From Eledone cirrhosa (Eukaryota), in NCBI GenBank assembly GCA_964016885.1, contig OZ024744.1, forward strand, positions 25,234,001-25,298,000: a DNA stretch of 64,000 bases. Direction: 5' to 3'. Position numbers and translations under genes: made by a program. The notes beneath the pieces are model-generated. The model did no database searches and was not told the DNA's origin. It worked only from the letters and a program-made list of their open reading frames with translations. Below are positions 53,647 to 63,317 of this stretch, piece by piece; position 1 is the first letter of the stretch; the number at the start of each line of letters is the position of its first letter.

Positions 53647-53889
53647 ATCATAGTCAAACGTTTTATAAAAGGCGGAATGATACGAATTGGAGGTAGTGAT
53701 AGATACACTCGCTTTAAAAAAATGTGATAGTCACAACTGGAAAGTTATTAATCAGAAGCCTTGTTCGATCACTGCTCAATACTGAATGATTTTAATAAAA
53801 TCGTGACAACACAATATCCTTACCATTACGTTTGAAAAAATGACGTCTAGGAATGTACATAAATTTAATAAAGATATTTTTCCACCGTC

Positions 53890-54020
53890 CCATTGAATGT
53901 TTGCGGTATTTGTTCCGGGTCTGTGGATTCTGAGTATAAATCTCACACAGGTCAACTTTGCCTTTCATCCTTTTGGGGTCGATAAAAAAAAATTATGAAT
54001 CCAATACTGGGGTCGATACT
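53890..54020 (+). mobile_element. Degenerate copy of the same tRNA-SINE family as 48795-48982
   Basis: TCTGAGTATAAATCTC...GGTCAACTTTGCCTTTCATCCTTTTGGGGTCGATAAAA. Confidence 0.65.
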
Positions 54021-54029
54021 TCCGCTTTC

Positions 54030-54354
54030 CATCTCTCTTTTTCTTTCTTTCTGTCTCTCTTTCTCTCTTTGTTTGTTTGTTTCTTTCTTTCTTTCTTTCT
54101 TTCTCCCCCGCTCTCTCTCTTCCTCTTTCTCTCTGTCTATCTATCTCTCTCTCTGTGAAAGAAATCGACTGTGTCCAGACCTGGAGACGGGATGGGCTCC
54201 GTCAGTTTTTAAATGGCCAAGACACGTCATATGTCAATACGGCGCCATTGTGTCTCCATTATGAGCAACGGGTACACACACACACAGACACACAGACACA
54301 TACACACACACACACATATATATATATATATGTGTGTATATATTACACACACAT

Positions 54355-54389
<35 letters not shown>
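54030..54389. repeat. CT-rich, (CA)n and (TA)n simple repeats around a roughly 120-bp unique segment
   Basis: Direct reading. Confidence 0.8.
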
Positions 54390-54393
<4 letters not shown>

Positions 54394-54395
54394 AA

Positions 54396-54990
54396 ATTGA
54401 AGAATAACATGGTCGGCTGTACAAAAAAGGTTTTATTTCAGGTATTAAAAATTGTTTCATTGATCAGGTGAGACTAACGGCCGCTAATCACTCGAAGTTG
54501 CGTCAGTCGACCTTAAATACAGTGTTTACCTCTGATCAAATCATCGGAATACTAATTTTACATATGGCATTGGTATATATAGAGATACAATAACACCAAT
54601 AATAAAAGATAATGATAAAGAGGTAAAGAAGATAGAATAATGATGGTACAGAAAATAATAATAAGAATATTATGAGATTGCTGATAATAGTGGTGGTAGT
54701 GAGTAAGTGTATGTGTTAAGATATTACTAACATGAAAAGCAACATTAAATACATGCATATATACGTGGTGGTCAAATCTGAGAGGGTCAAATCTTAGAGT
54801 AGAAAATAAAAATAATAACAAATGACAGATAAAAGATAAGAAATAATAAAAAAAAAATTAAGTGAGAGGGGAAGAGATACGAGTATAAGACATAACGATT
54901 AGTGGTCTTTAGACTCACCTGATCAATGAAACAATTGTTAATACCTAAAATAAAACCCTTTTTGTACAGCTGACCATGTTATTCTTCAAT
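54396..54990. mobile_element. Inverted-repeat element (94-bp arms at 54396-54489 and 54897-54990) with hammerhead motifs; Penelope pLTR-like remnant
   Basis: Arms are reverse complements with scattered mismatches; the left end abuts (TA)n. Confidence 0.7.
54442..54552 (-). ncRNA. Degenerate type I hammerhead with a long stem II insertion
   Basis: GUAUU-CCGAUGA-U-UUGAUCAG...CUGAUCAA-U-GAAA-CAAUUU-UU-AAUAC. The right arm preserves the palindromic stem III GAAACAATTGTT-AATAC. The core has U4->C. Confidence 0.5.
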
Positions 54991-55710
54991 CTTTCACTAT
55001 TATTACTCCAAGAATAACCTGCATAGGAATTCTCGCGAACTCGCTAAAAAAAAAATACAGTAGAAAATGCGAAAAGGATTTTCTCTCAGAATAACAGCAG
55101 AACTTACATTTACAAAATAGGAATTTGCGCATTATTCGTACCGGTTTCAGCTTGTAGGCTTCTTCATGCGGCGGAAGTGTATAATGCAATTAAATTGCAT
55201 TATAATATGAACAATAGGAATATGGGAAAAAATTGTTTTTACATACATATTTAGGGAGAATAGTTCACATTTTTGTCTGTAGTTTTCTTTCTTTCTCTCT
55301 TGGTGTTGACCTGTGTCACCTTAGCTGTGTGGATTTTTTAGCCACACTGCATCTTTGTTGAAATTTTCCTTTTCACCCCACATTTTTCTCCAGAAGGAAT
55401 CTATGTCTTTCTGCGATGGGACCTCGGTGACACTTATTATTTGGCCCTTCATATCTCTATAGACTGATGTTTTTGTTTTGTCTGAATCTTTTATTAAGTG
55501 CTTTTCTTACATCTACCGTCTTCAGGTATCGACGTTTCTCGCTGACAGCTCTCATTTCTTGTTTGAGGGTGATCAGTTTATATTGAAGTGTTCTGGTTCT
55601 ATTGTTACCAAACATCGTCTCTGTTTTATTTTTCACTTTTTGTTGGTGAAGAGTGAAGTTTTTTGTTTTTGTTTGCAAGTAAGGAGCAGCAAACATATAT
55701 ATATATACAT

Positions 55711-56301
55711 ACCAGACCAGATATAATGATATGGGATAGGGGAAAAGAAGACATGCACAGTAGTGGAAGTTAGCTGCCCAGCAGATGCCAATATAAAATC
55801 AAATATTAATGAAAAGGAGAATATTTATGCAGAACTAATAAAAAATCTGCAGATACTCCACCCTGATTATACCTTCAGATTTATCCCTGTGATTATTGGG
55901 GAACTGGTATGTTAGTAACTGCCAGAATACAAATCTTGAGAAGCTGGGCTTCACAGGAACAGAAAGAACACAATTAGTTAGGAAATTACAACTACAATCC
56001 ATTAATGGAACATTAAAAATGTTGCATCATTAATGGAACATTAAAAATGTTGCATCTAATAACTGCATATACACTTCTACAGATAGAAAGCATATGCACA
56101 TGCACACCATACAGCTCAAAACATACACATCCATACATACAATAACATCCATATCTACATACACATGCATGCAGGCATACATATCTACCTAGTTGATGTT
56201 GTGTAAATTCCAATGAGAGAGTCTTGTGTCTATGATAGAAACCGACACTCTCTCTCTCAGACGGTAAACATGTATAGCATTATAAAACCAGAAGAACATA
56301 C
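55711..56301 (+). mobile_element. 3' fragment of an R4/Dong-type LINE, family A, copy 1 (RLE domain plus 3' UTR)
   Basis: RPDIMIWDR..KTCTVVEVSCPAD...EKENIY...FRFIPVIIG with frameshifts. The 3' UTR ends TATAAAACCAGAAGAA followed by (CATA)n. Similar to 62815-63317. Confidence 0.8.
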
Positions 56302-56389
56302 ATAAATAAATACATACATACATACATACATACATACATACATACATACATACATACATACATACATACATACATACATACATACATAC
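56302..56389. repeat. (CATA)n microsatellite
   Basis: Direct reading. Confidence 0.9.
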
Positions 56390-56390
56390 A

Positions 56391-58590
56391 ACTGCCACTA
56401 CTCTCCTCATTCCCCAAAATAGCCAAACTACCCTTGCTAAAAATTACCGCCCAATAGCCTGCCAAAGGATCATGTATAAATTATATATTGGGTGCCTTAA
56501 CCTGTTCTTACAGGATTACTGTGCTACCAATAACATCATAACACCTGCGCAAGGTGGTGGAAAGAGGGAGGTATGGGGTTGCATAGATCACCTACTAACT
56601 AATAAAATGATTCAAGAAAAAACAACAAAGAATCGCAAAAACATGACTGTGGTGTGGCTGGACTATCACAAATCATTTGATAGTGTACCTCATGGGTGGA
56701 TTGTTAAGGCTTTACAGTTAGCCAAAGTCCCACAACCGTTGGTAGCTGCTGTTGAACGTCTGACCAAGAACTGGGACACCAATTTGATCCTTAGAGGTGA
56801 GAAGGAGCAGGTTAAGACTGATAAGATACATTACCAAAAGGGCATCTTTCAGGGTGATATCTTGTTAGTTCTACTCTTCGTTCTCTCACTAAATCCACTA
56901 TCTTACCTACTCAGGAAACAAGGTGGACAAAGAAGTGGGTCCAGAAGGATCTCCCATCTTTTCTTTGTTGATGACCTGAAGTTGTATGGGCCAAATATCA
57001 ATGACATCAAGAAACAATTGGACCTCATTACACAATTTTCAACCGCCATCAAAATGAAATTTGGTGAGTCCAAGTGTGCATATTTGGCAGTAAAACGTGG
57101 AAGAGCTGTGCCCTCCTCTAGAAATTTAGAGATGAACGGCCTGACAATAAAATCTCTACAGTCAGGTGACAACTACAGATGTCTTGGACAGGATGAGAAT
57201 ATCAGATATGATGGACCCCAAAGTAAGGAGAGAACCAGAACAGAATACCTCAGAAGAGTAAAGAAAATATGGTCATCAGAACTGTCAGCGTACAACAAAT
57301 ACTTTGCCCACAATACTTATGCTGTGCCAATTCTAACGCCAACATTTGGCCTGCTGAACTGGTCATTGCAAGAGTAAGTGAGATGGATGTTAGAACTCGC
57401 AAACTTCTCAGTGTTACTGGGAACTTTAACATCAATAGTGATGTGGATAGGCTATAATTCTCACGCAAGGAAGGTGGCCGGGGTCTAAAATCCATATTAA
57501 CATCATATGAGACCCGGACAGTAACACTGAAGCAACATCTTCAACAGAGGAAAAGTTTGGCAACCATCTTGCCCAGGTTTATGAGCATGAAAAAAAAAAT
57601 CATTAGAGTGGCCACTGATCTGAAGGAGAGATATGGAATAAAGCCTGATATAAATCTCACACCCAGAGAAATCGGTAGATCCTATTCAATGTTCAAACAA
57701 GATGAAAAAATTGACCAATTTACAGAAAAAGTTGTGCATTGATACTTGAGACGTAAAACACAGACCATAGAGGGGATAAACCACTCAAAAAGCCTGGCAT
57801 GGAGTTCCGACAAGTTTATGACATCACACCTTGAGGGATATCTCTATGCAATACAGGAACAAGAACTCCCTACCAAATATCTGCTGCACAAAAGAGGAGG
57901 GCCAGCAGCTAACAATAAATGTAGGCTATGTAAAACAAAGATCGAGGATGTAAGCCATATTGTTGCCAGCTGCGAAAGAATGTCATCTCGCTACTACCTC
58001 CCCATGAGACACGATGGGATAGCTAGAACTATCTGGAACGCACTTCGGAAAACAAAATTAACAACAAACGAGGAAGAATATATTGAGACAGAGGGCACTA
58101 AGGAATACTGCCACCAAATTGCCACAAAATTAAAGCACAACCGGCCTGATATTGCCACCAAATTAAAGCACAACCGGCCTGATATAGTTGTTTGAGACCA
58201 CACATTGAAAACGTGTTCTGTTGTGGAGATCAGCTGCCCACTTGATGTAAACATTGTCAGAAAAATACAGGAGAAGGAGGACATCTACGGACCATTGATG
58301 AGGAGTCTACAAATTCAGTATCCAAGATACACCTTTAGCTTAATACCCATCATTATTGGAGCTACGTGTTATATACCAACCCGCTTGGACCAAAGTATGA
58401 CTGAACTTGGATTTGCGGACAAAGAGCGCAGCTCCTTAATTCATAGTCTACAAATGGCTGCGATAGCTGGCACCTTCAAAATTTGCAAAACATTCTTGCG
58501 ATTCAAGGGATGATAATTTATTTTCTTTTACAACCTTGCCACCAGGAAGGTGGCCGGTCAAAAAAATATACTCGAAATTAAGAGAAAGAG
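56391..58590 (+). pseudogene. 5'-truncated R4/Dong-type LINE, family B (RT, CCHC and RLE) with multiple stops and frameshifts
   Basis: KNYRPIAC, WLDYHKSFDSVPH, KGIFQGD, SHLFFVDDLKLY, FGESKC, DRL*FSRKEGGRGL, QEQEL, CRLC....EDVSHIVASC, MRHD, HNRPDIVV*D...VEISCP...KEDIY. Stop at 58513; internal 33-bp duplication at 58118-58183. Confidence 0.88.
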
Positions 58591-58632
58591 ATAATATAAA
58601 TATATATATATACTTACATATATACATATATA

Positions 58633-59243
58633 CATGGTGGCTGCCAACTCGTTTTCGAGTACGGCCACTACTTTATATTCATGTAGGAGAACCCCTACCG
58701 ATGCGCTGAACGAGTGTGACTTTTTAGTCCAGCCAGAGACTTGAAAACTCTGGTACAAACACTACACTTGTGACAATTAGTGACACATAGTGCTGAGCCC
58801 ATGGTACCATGTGACGACAAGTGCAGAGAGATCTCCAGATATAAAGCAATGCCTGTGTCATAAAGCTTTTATAGTGAGCAAAGGCACTGCACAAAGCCAG
58901 TCCCACTCTCTTAACCAAGATGATATTTACCAAATAGAAGAACAAGTCAACATCATTGGATACCATCAGGGTTGCAGGTGTTATATCAGAGTTTTCTTTC
59001 TCCTAGAATTCGGCCTTGACAAAGGCTAAGGGGTCATCTCTCCCGGTGATTTTGGATGGCCATTGATTCTTAAGAACTCATTTGCCCTTTGACAGGTTTT
59101 GTTCTTAGTCCTGCAGGATGTCCAAAGTCACTCTCCTCACCAAGAAACCTTGGTGGGATTGCCAATTTAGTCACCAACGACCCGACCATGAGACAGGTTG
59201 TACTGGGATACATGTTACCAGTAGCACCAAGTGGTGACCTGAC
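58633..59243 (-). mobile_element. Bipartite RTE-derived non-autonomous retroelement, copy 1 (longest, about 610 bp)
   Basis: The minus strand has an RTE 5'-UTR-like motif (TAGCCTTTGTCAAGGC...CTAGGAGAAAGAAAACTCTGA) joined to an RTE-like C-terminal C2H2 finger KCSVCTRVFKSLAGLKSHTRSAHR* (58695-58772), a short 3' UTR and a (TATG/TA)n tail. Confidence 0.65.
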
Positions 59244-59327
59244 ATATATACATACATACATATATACATACATACATACAAACATATACTTACATAAATA
59301 CATACATCATACTAACATACATATATA

Positions 59328-59568
59328 CATGGTGGCTGCCAACTCGTTTTCGAGTACGGCCACTACTTTATATCCATGTAGGAGAACCCCTACTGATGCG
59401 CTGAACAAGTGTGACTTTTTAGTCCAGCCAGTGACTTGAAAACTCTGGTACAAATACTACACTTGTGACAATTATTGACACATAGTACTGGGCCCATGGT
59501 ACCATGTGACGACAAGTGCAGAGAGATCTCCAGACATAAAGCAATGCCTGTGCCGTGAAGCTTTTATA
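59328..59568 (-). mobile_element. Same RTE-derived element, copy 2 (3' 240 bp)
   Basis: Close match to 58633-58873; same 3' end, 5'-truncated. Confidence 0.75.
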
Positions 59569-59788
<220 letters not shown>

Positions 59789-59949
59789 AAATTGGAATAA
59801 ATGCTCTGAAATAGCGATATATATGTGAATATAGACATAGAATATTCGAAAATATTCTGTATGTTTATAATAAACATTTTGAAGACCTAATCGCTATAGA
59901 ATAGAATACGTCACGTATTACAATTAGATTCTCGATAAAAGCAAGGGAA

Positions 59950-59992
59950 GTAATCTACGCGTTTCATTCTTATTAGAAATCTTCAGGACTAC
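59950..59992 (-). ncRNA. Type I hammerhead ribozyme (copy 1 of 8)
   Basis: GUAGUC-CUGAAGA-U-UUCU AAUA AGAA-U-GAAA-CGCG-UA-GAUUAC. Stem I GUAGUC/GAUUAC, stem II UUCU/AGAA, palindromic stem III ACGCGU, GUA triplet. Confidence 0.85.
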
Positions 59993-60259
59993 ATATCCAG
60001 TGCTTTTATCGAGAATGACACAGCTAGAGACTTATAGAATACTTAGCTGTGTACAGGAACTGGTTTGAAAGAGCGGTTGCCGGTCCGGCAGAAATTAGAA
60101 ATTGGAATAAATGCTCTGAAATAGCGATATATATGTGAATATAGACATAGAATATTCGAAAATATTCTGTATGTTTATAATAAACATTTTGAAGACCTAA
60201 TCGCTATAGAATAGAATACGTCACGTATTACAATTAGATTCTCGATAAAAGCAAGGGAA

Positions 60260-60302
60260 GTAATCTACGCGTTTCATTCTTATTAGAAATCTTCAGGACT
60301 AC
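60260..60302 (-). ncRNA. Type I hammerhead ribozyme (copy 2)
   Basis: Identical to 59950-59992. Confidence 0.85.
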
Positions 60303-60569
60303 ATATCCAGTGCTTTTATCGAGAATGACACAGCTAGAGACTTATAGAATACTTAGCTGTGTACAGGAACTGGTTTGAAAGAGCGGTTGCCGGTCCGGCA
60401 GAAATTAGAAATTGGAATAAATGCTCTGAAATAGCGATATATATGTGAATATAGACATAGAATATTCGAAAATATTCTGTATGTTTATAATAAACATTTT
60501 GAAGACCTAATCGCTATAGAATAGAATACGTCACGTATTACAATTAGATTCTCGATAAAAGCAAGGGAA

Positions 60570-60612
60570 GTAATCTACGCGTTTCATTCTTATTAGAAAT
60601 CTTCAGGACTAC
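60570..60612 (-). ncRNA. Type I hammerhead ribozyme (copy 3)
   Basis: Identical to 59950-59992. Confidence 0.85.
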
Positions 60613-60879
60613 ATATCCAGTGCTTTTATCGAGAATGACACAGCTAGAGACTTATAGAATACTTAGCTGTGTACAGGAACTGGTTTGAAAGAGCGGTTGC
60701 CGGTCCGGCAGAAATTAGAAATTGGAATAAATGCTCTGAAATAGCGATATATATGTGAATATAGACATAGAATATTCGAAAATATTCTGTATGTTTATAA
60801 TAAACATTTTGAAGACCTAATCGCTATAGAATAGAATACGTCACGTATTACAATTAGATTCTCGATAAAAGCAAGGGAA

Positions 60880-60922
60880 GTAATCTACGCGTTTCATTCT
60901 TATTAGAAATCTTCAGGACTAC
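60880..60922 (-). ncRNA. Type I hammerhead ribozyme (copy 4)
   Basis: Identical to 59950-59992. Confidence 0.85.
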
Positions 60923-61189
60923 ATATCCAGTGCTTTTATCGAGAATGACACAGCTAGAGACTTATAGAATACTTAGCTGTGTACAGGAACTGGTTTGAAA
61001 GAGCGGTTGCCGGTCCGGCAGAAATTAGAAATTGGAATAAATGCTCTGAAATAGCGATATATATGTGAATATAGACATAGAATATTCGAAAATATTCTGT
61101 ATGTTTATAATAAACATTTTGAAGACCTAATCGCTATAGAATAGAATACGTCACGTATTACAATTAGATTCTCGATAAAAGCAAGGGAA

Positions 61190-61232
61190 GTAATCTACGC
61201 GTTTCATTCTTATTAGAAATCTTCAGGACTAC
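61190..61232 (-). ncRNA. Type I hammerhead ribozyme (copy 5)
   Basis: Identical to 59950-59992. Confidence 0.85.
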
Positions 61233-61499
61233 ATATCCAGTGCTTTTATCGAGAATGACACAGCTAGAGACTTATAGAATACTTAGCTGTGTACAGGAAC
61301 TGGTTTGAAAGAGCGGTTGCCGGTCCGGCAGAAATTAGAAATTGGAATAAATGCTCTGAAATAGCGATATATATGTGAATATAGACATAGAATATTCGAA
61401 AATATTCTGTATGTTTATAATAAACATTTTGAAGACCTAATCGCTATAGAATAGAATACGTCACGTATTACAATTAGATTCTCGATAAAAGCAAGGGAA

Positions 61500-61542
61500 G
61501 TAATCTACGCGTTTCATTCTTATTAGAAATCTTCAGGACTAC
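61500..61542 (-). ncRNA. Type I hammerhead ribozyme (copy 6)
   Basis: Identical to 59950-59992. Confidence 0.85.
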
Positions 61543-61754
61543 ATATCCAGTGCTTTTATCGAGAATGACACAGCTAGAGACTTATAGAATACTTAGCTGT
61601 GTACAGGAACTGGTTTGAAAGAGCGGTTGCCGGTCCGGCAGAAATTAGAAATTGGAATAAATGCTCTGAAATAGCGATATATATGTGAATATAGACATAG
61701 AATATTCGAAAATATTCTGTATGTTTATAATAAACATTTTGAAGCACTGGATAT

Positions 61755-61797
61755 GTAGTCCTGAAGATTTCTAATAAGAATGAAACGCGTAGATTAC
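61755..61797 (+). ncRNA. Type I hammerhead ribozyme (copy 7); predicted cleavage between 61791 and 61792
   Basis: GTAGTC CTGAAGA TTTCTAATAAGAAT GAAA CGCG TA GATTAC on the + strand. Confidence 0.85.
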
Positions 61798-62064
61798 TTC
61801 CCTTGCTTTTATCGAGAATCTAATTGTAATACGTGACGTATTCTATTCTATAGCGATTAGGTCTTCAAAATGTTTATTATAAACATACAGAATATTTTCG
61901 AATATTCTATGTCTATATTCACATATATATCGCTATTTCAGAGCATTTATTCCAATTTCTAATTTCTGCCGGACCGGCAACCGCTCTTTCAAACCAGTTC
62001 CTGTACACAGCTAAGTATTCTATAAGTCTCTAGCTGTGTCATTCTCGATAAAAGCACTGGATAT

Positions 62065-62107
62065 GTAGTCCTGAAGATTTCTAATAAGAATGAAACGCGT
62101 AGATTAC
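62065..62107 (+). ncRNA. Type I hammerhead ribozyme (copy 8)
   Basis: Same motif; stem I is extended by a 16-bp helix ATTCTCGATAAAAGCA (62041-62056) / TGCTTTTATCGAGAAT (62114-62129). Confidence 0.85.
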
Positions 62108-62229
62108 TTCCCTTGCTTTTATCGAGAATCTAATTGTAATACGTGACGTATTCTATTCTATAGCGATTAGGTCTTCAAAATGTTTATTATAAACATACAG
62201 AATATTTTCGAATATTCTATGTCTATATT

Positions 62230-62276
<47 letters not shown>

Positions 62277-62321
62277 GCTTACATATACACATATATACAT
62301 ATATACATACATAAATATATA

Positions 62322-62735
62322 CATGGTGGCTGTCAACCCGTTTTCGAGTAGGGCCACTACTTTATATCCATGTAGGAGAACCCCTGCCGATGCGCTGAAT
62401 GAATGTGACTTTTTAGTCCAGCCAGCGACTTGAAAACTCTGGTACAAACACTACACTTGTGACAATTAGTGACACATAGTGCTGGGCTCATGGTACCATG
62501 TGACGACAAGTGCAGAGAGATCTCCAGATATAAAGCAATGCCTGTGCCGTGAAGCTTTTATAGTGAGCAAAGGCACTGCACAAAGCCAGTCCCACTCTCT
62601 TAACCAAGATGATATTTACCAAAAAGAATAACAAGTCAACATCATTGGATACCATCAGGGTTGCAGGTGTTAAATCAGAGTTTTCCCTCTCCTAGAATTC
62701 TTCCTTGACTAAGGCTAAGGGGTCATCTCTCCCGG
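62322..62735 (-). mobile_element. Same RTE-derived element, copy 3 (3' 410 bp)
   Basis: Close match to 58633-59046; same 3' end, 5'-truncated. Confidence 0.75.
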
Positions 62736-62814
62736 ATATATACATATATACATACATATATACATACATATATATATATACTTACATAAATACATAAATA
62801 CATACATACATAAC

Positions 62815-63317
62815 ATGCCAATATAATATCACAAATTAGTGAAAAGGAGAATATATATGCAGAACTGATGAGAAATCTGCAGATACTCCACCCTGATTAC
62901 ACCTTCAGATTTATGCCTGTGATTATTGGGGCACTGGGATATGTTAGTAACTGCCTCAATACAAATCTTGAGAAGCTAGGCTTCACAGGAACAGAAAGAA
63001 CACAACTAGTTAGGAAATTACAAGTACAATCCATTAATGGAACAGTACAAATATGTAACACATTCCAAAAAATGTTGCATCTAATAACTGCATATACACA
63101 TGTACAGATACAAGGCATATACACATGCACACATACAACTCAAAACATACACATCCACACATACAATAACATCCATATCTACACATGCAGACATACATAC
63201 ATATCTACCTAGTTGATGTTGTGTAAATTCCAATGAGAGAGTCTTGTGTCTATGTTAGAAACCGACTCTCTCTCTATTGGTAACACTTTGTGAAATTATA
63301 AAACCAGAAGAACATAC
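62815..63317 (+). mobile_element. 3' fragment of R4/Dong-type LINE family A, copy 2
   Basis: EKENIYAELMRNLQILHPDYTFRFMPVIIGALGYV...VQICNTF; same 3' UTR and TATAAAACCAGAAGAA-(CATA)n end as 55711-56301. Confidence 0.8.

Larger units (their letters stand above)
59788..61744 (-). repeat. 310-bp tandem repeat, 6.3 copies, each full copy with a hammerhead ribozyme (retrozyme-like / PLE pLTR-like array)
   Basis: Units start at 59788, 60098, 60408, 60718, 61028, 61338 and 61648; no differences seen between copies. Confidence 0.93.
61742..62240 (+). repeat. Inverted 1.6 copies of the 310-bp hammerhead repeat
   Basis: Reverse complement of the preceding unit with period 310 (61742/62052); merges into (TA)n at about 62240. 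Confidence 0.92.

Noticed and set aside
49158-53708. 1516-aa and poly-Val ORFs
   Set aside because: Translations of a trinucleotide repeat, some running through an N gap; no domain content.
54155-54272. Possible small exon after a pyrimidine tract
   Set aside because: The pyrimidine tract is a microsatellite, and there is no recognisable protein or convincing splice donor.
55510-55545. Minus-strand GAAACGTC...CTGAAGA motif
   Set aside because: The boxes are only 5 nt apart, with no room for stem I and no stem II.
58695-58772. Host C2H2 zinc-finger gene
   Set aside because: A single finger with no upstream ORF, repeated inside a mobile element; better explained as an RTE ORF C-terminus.
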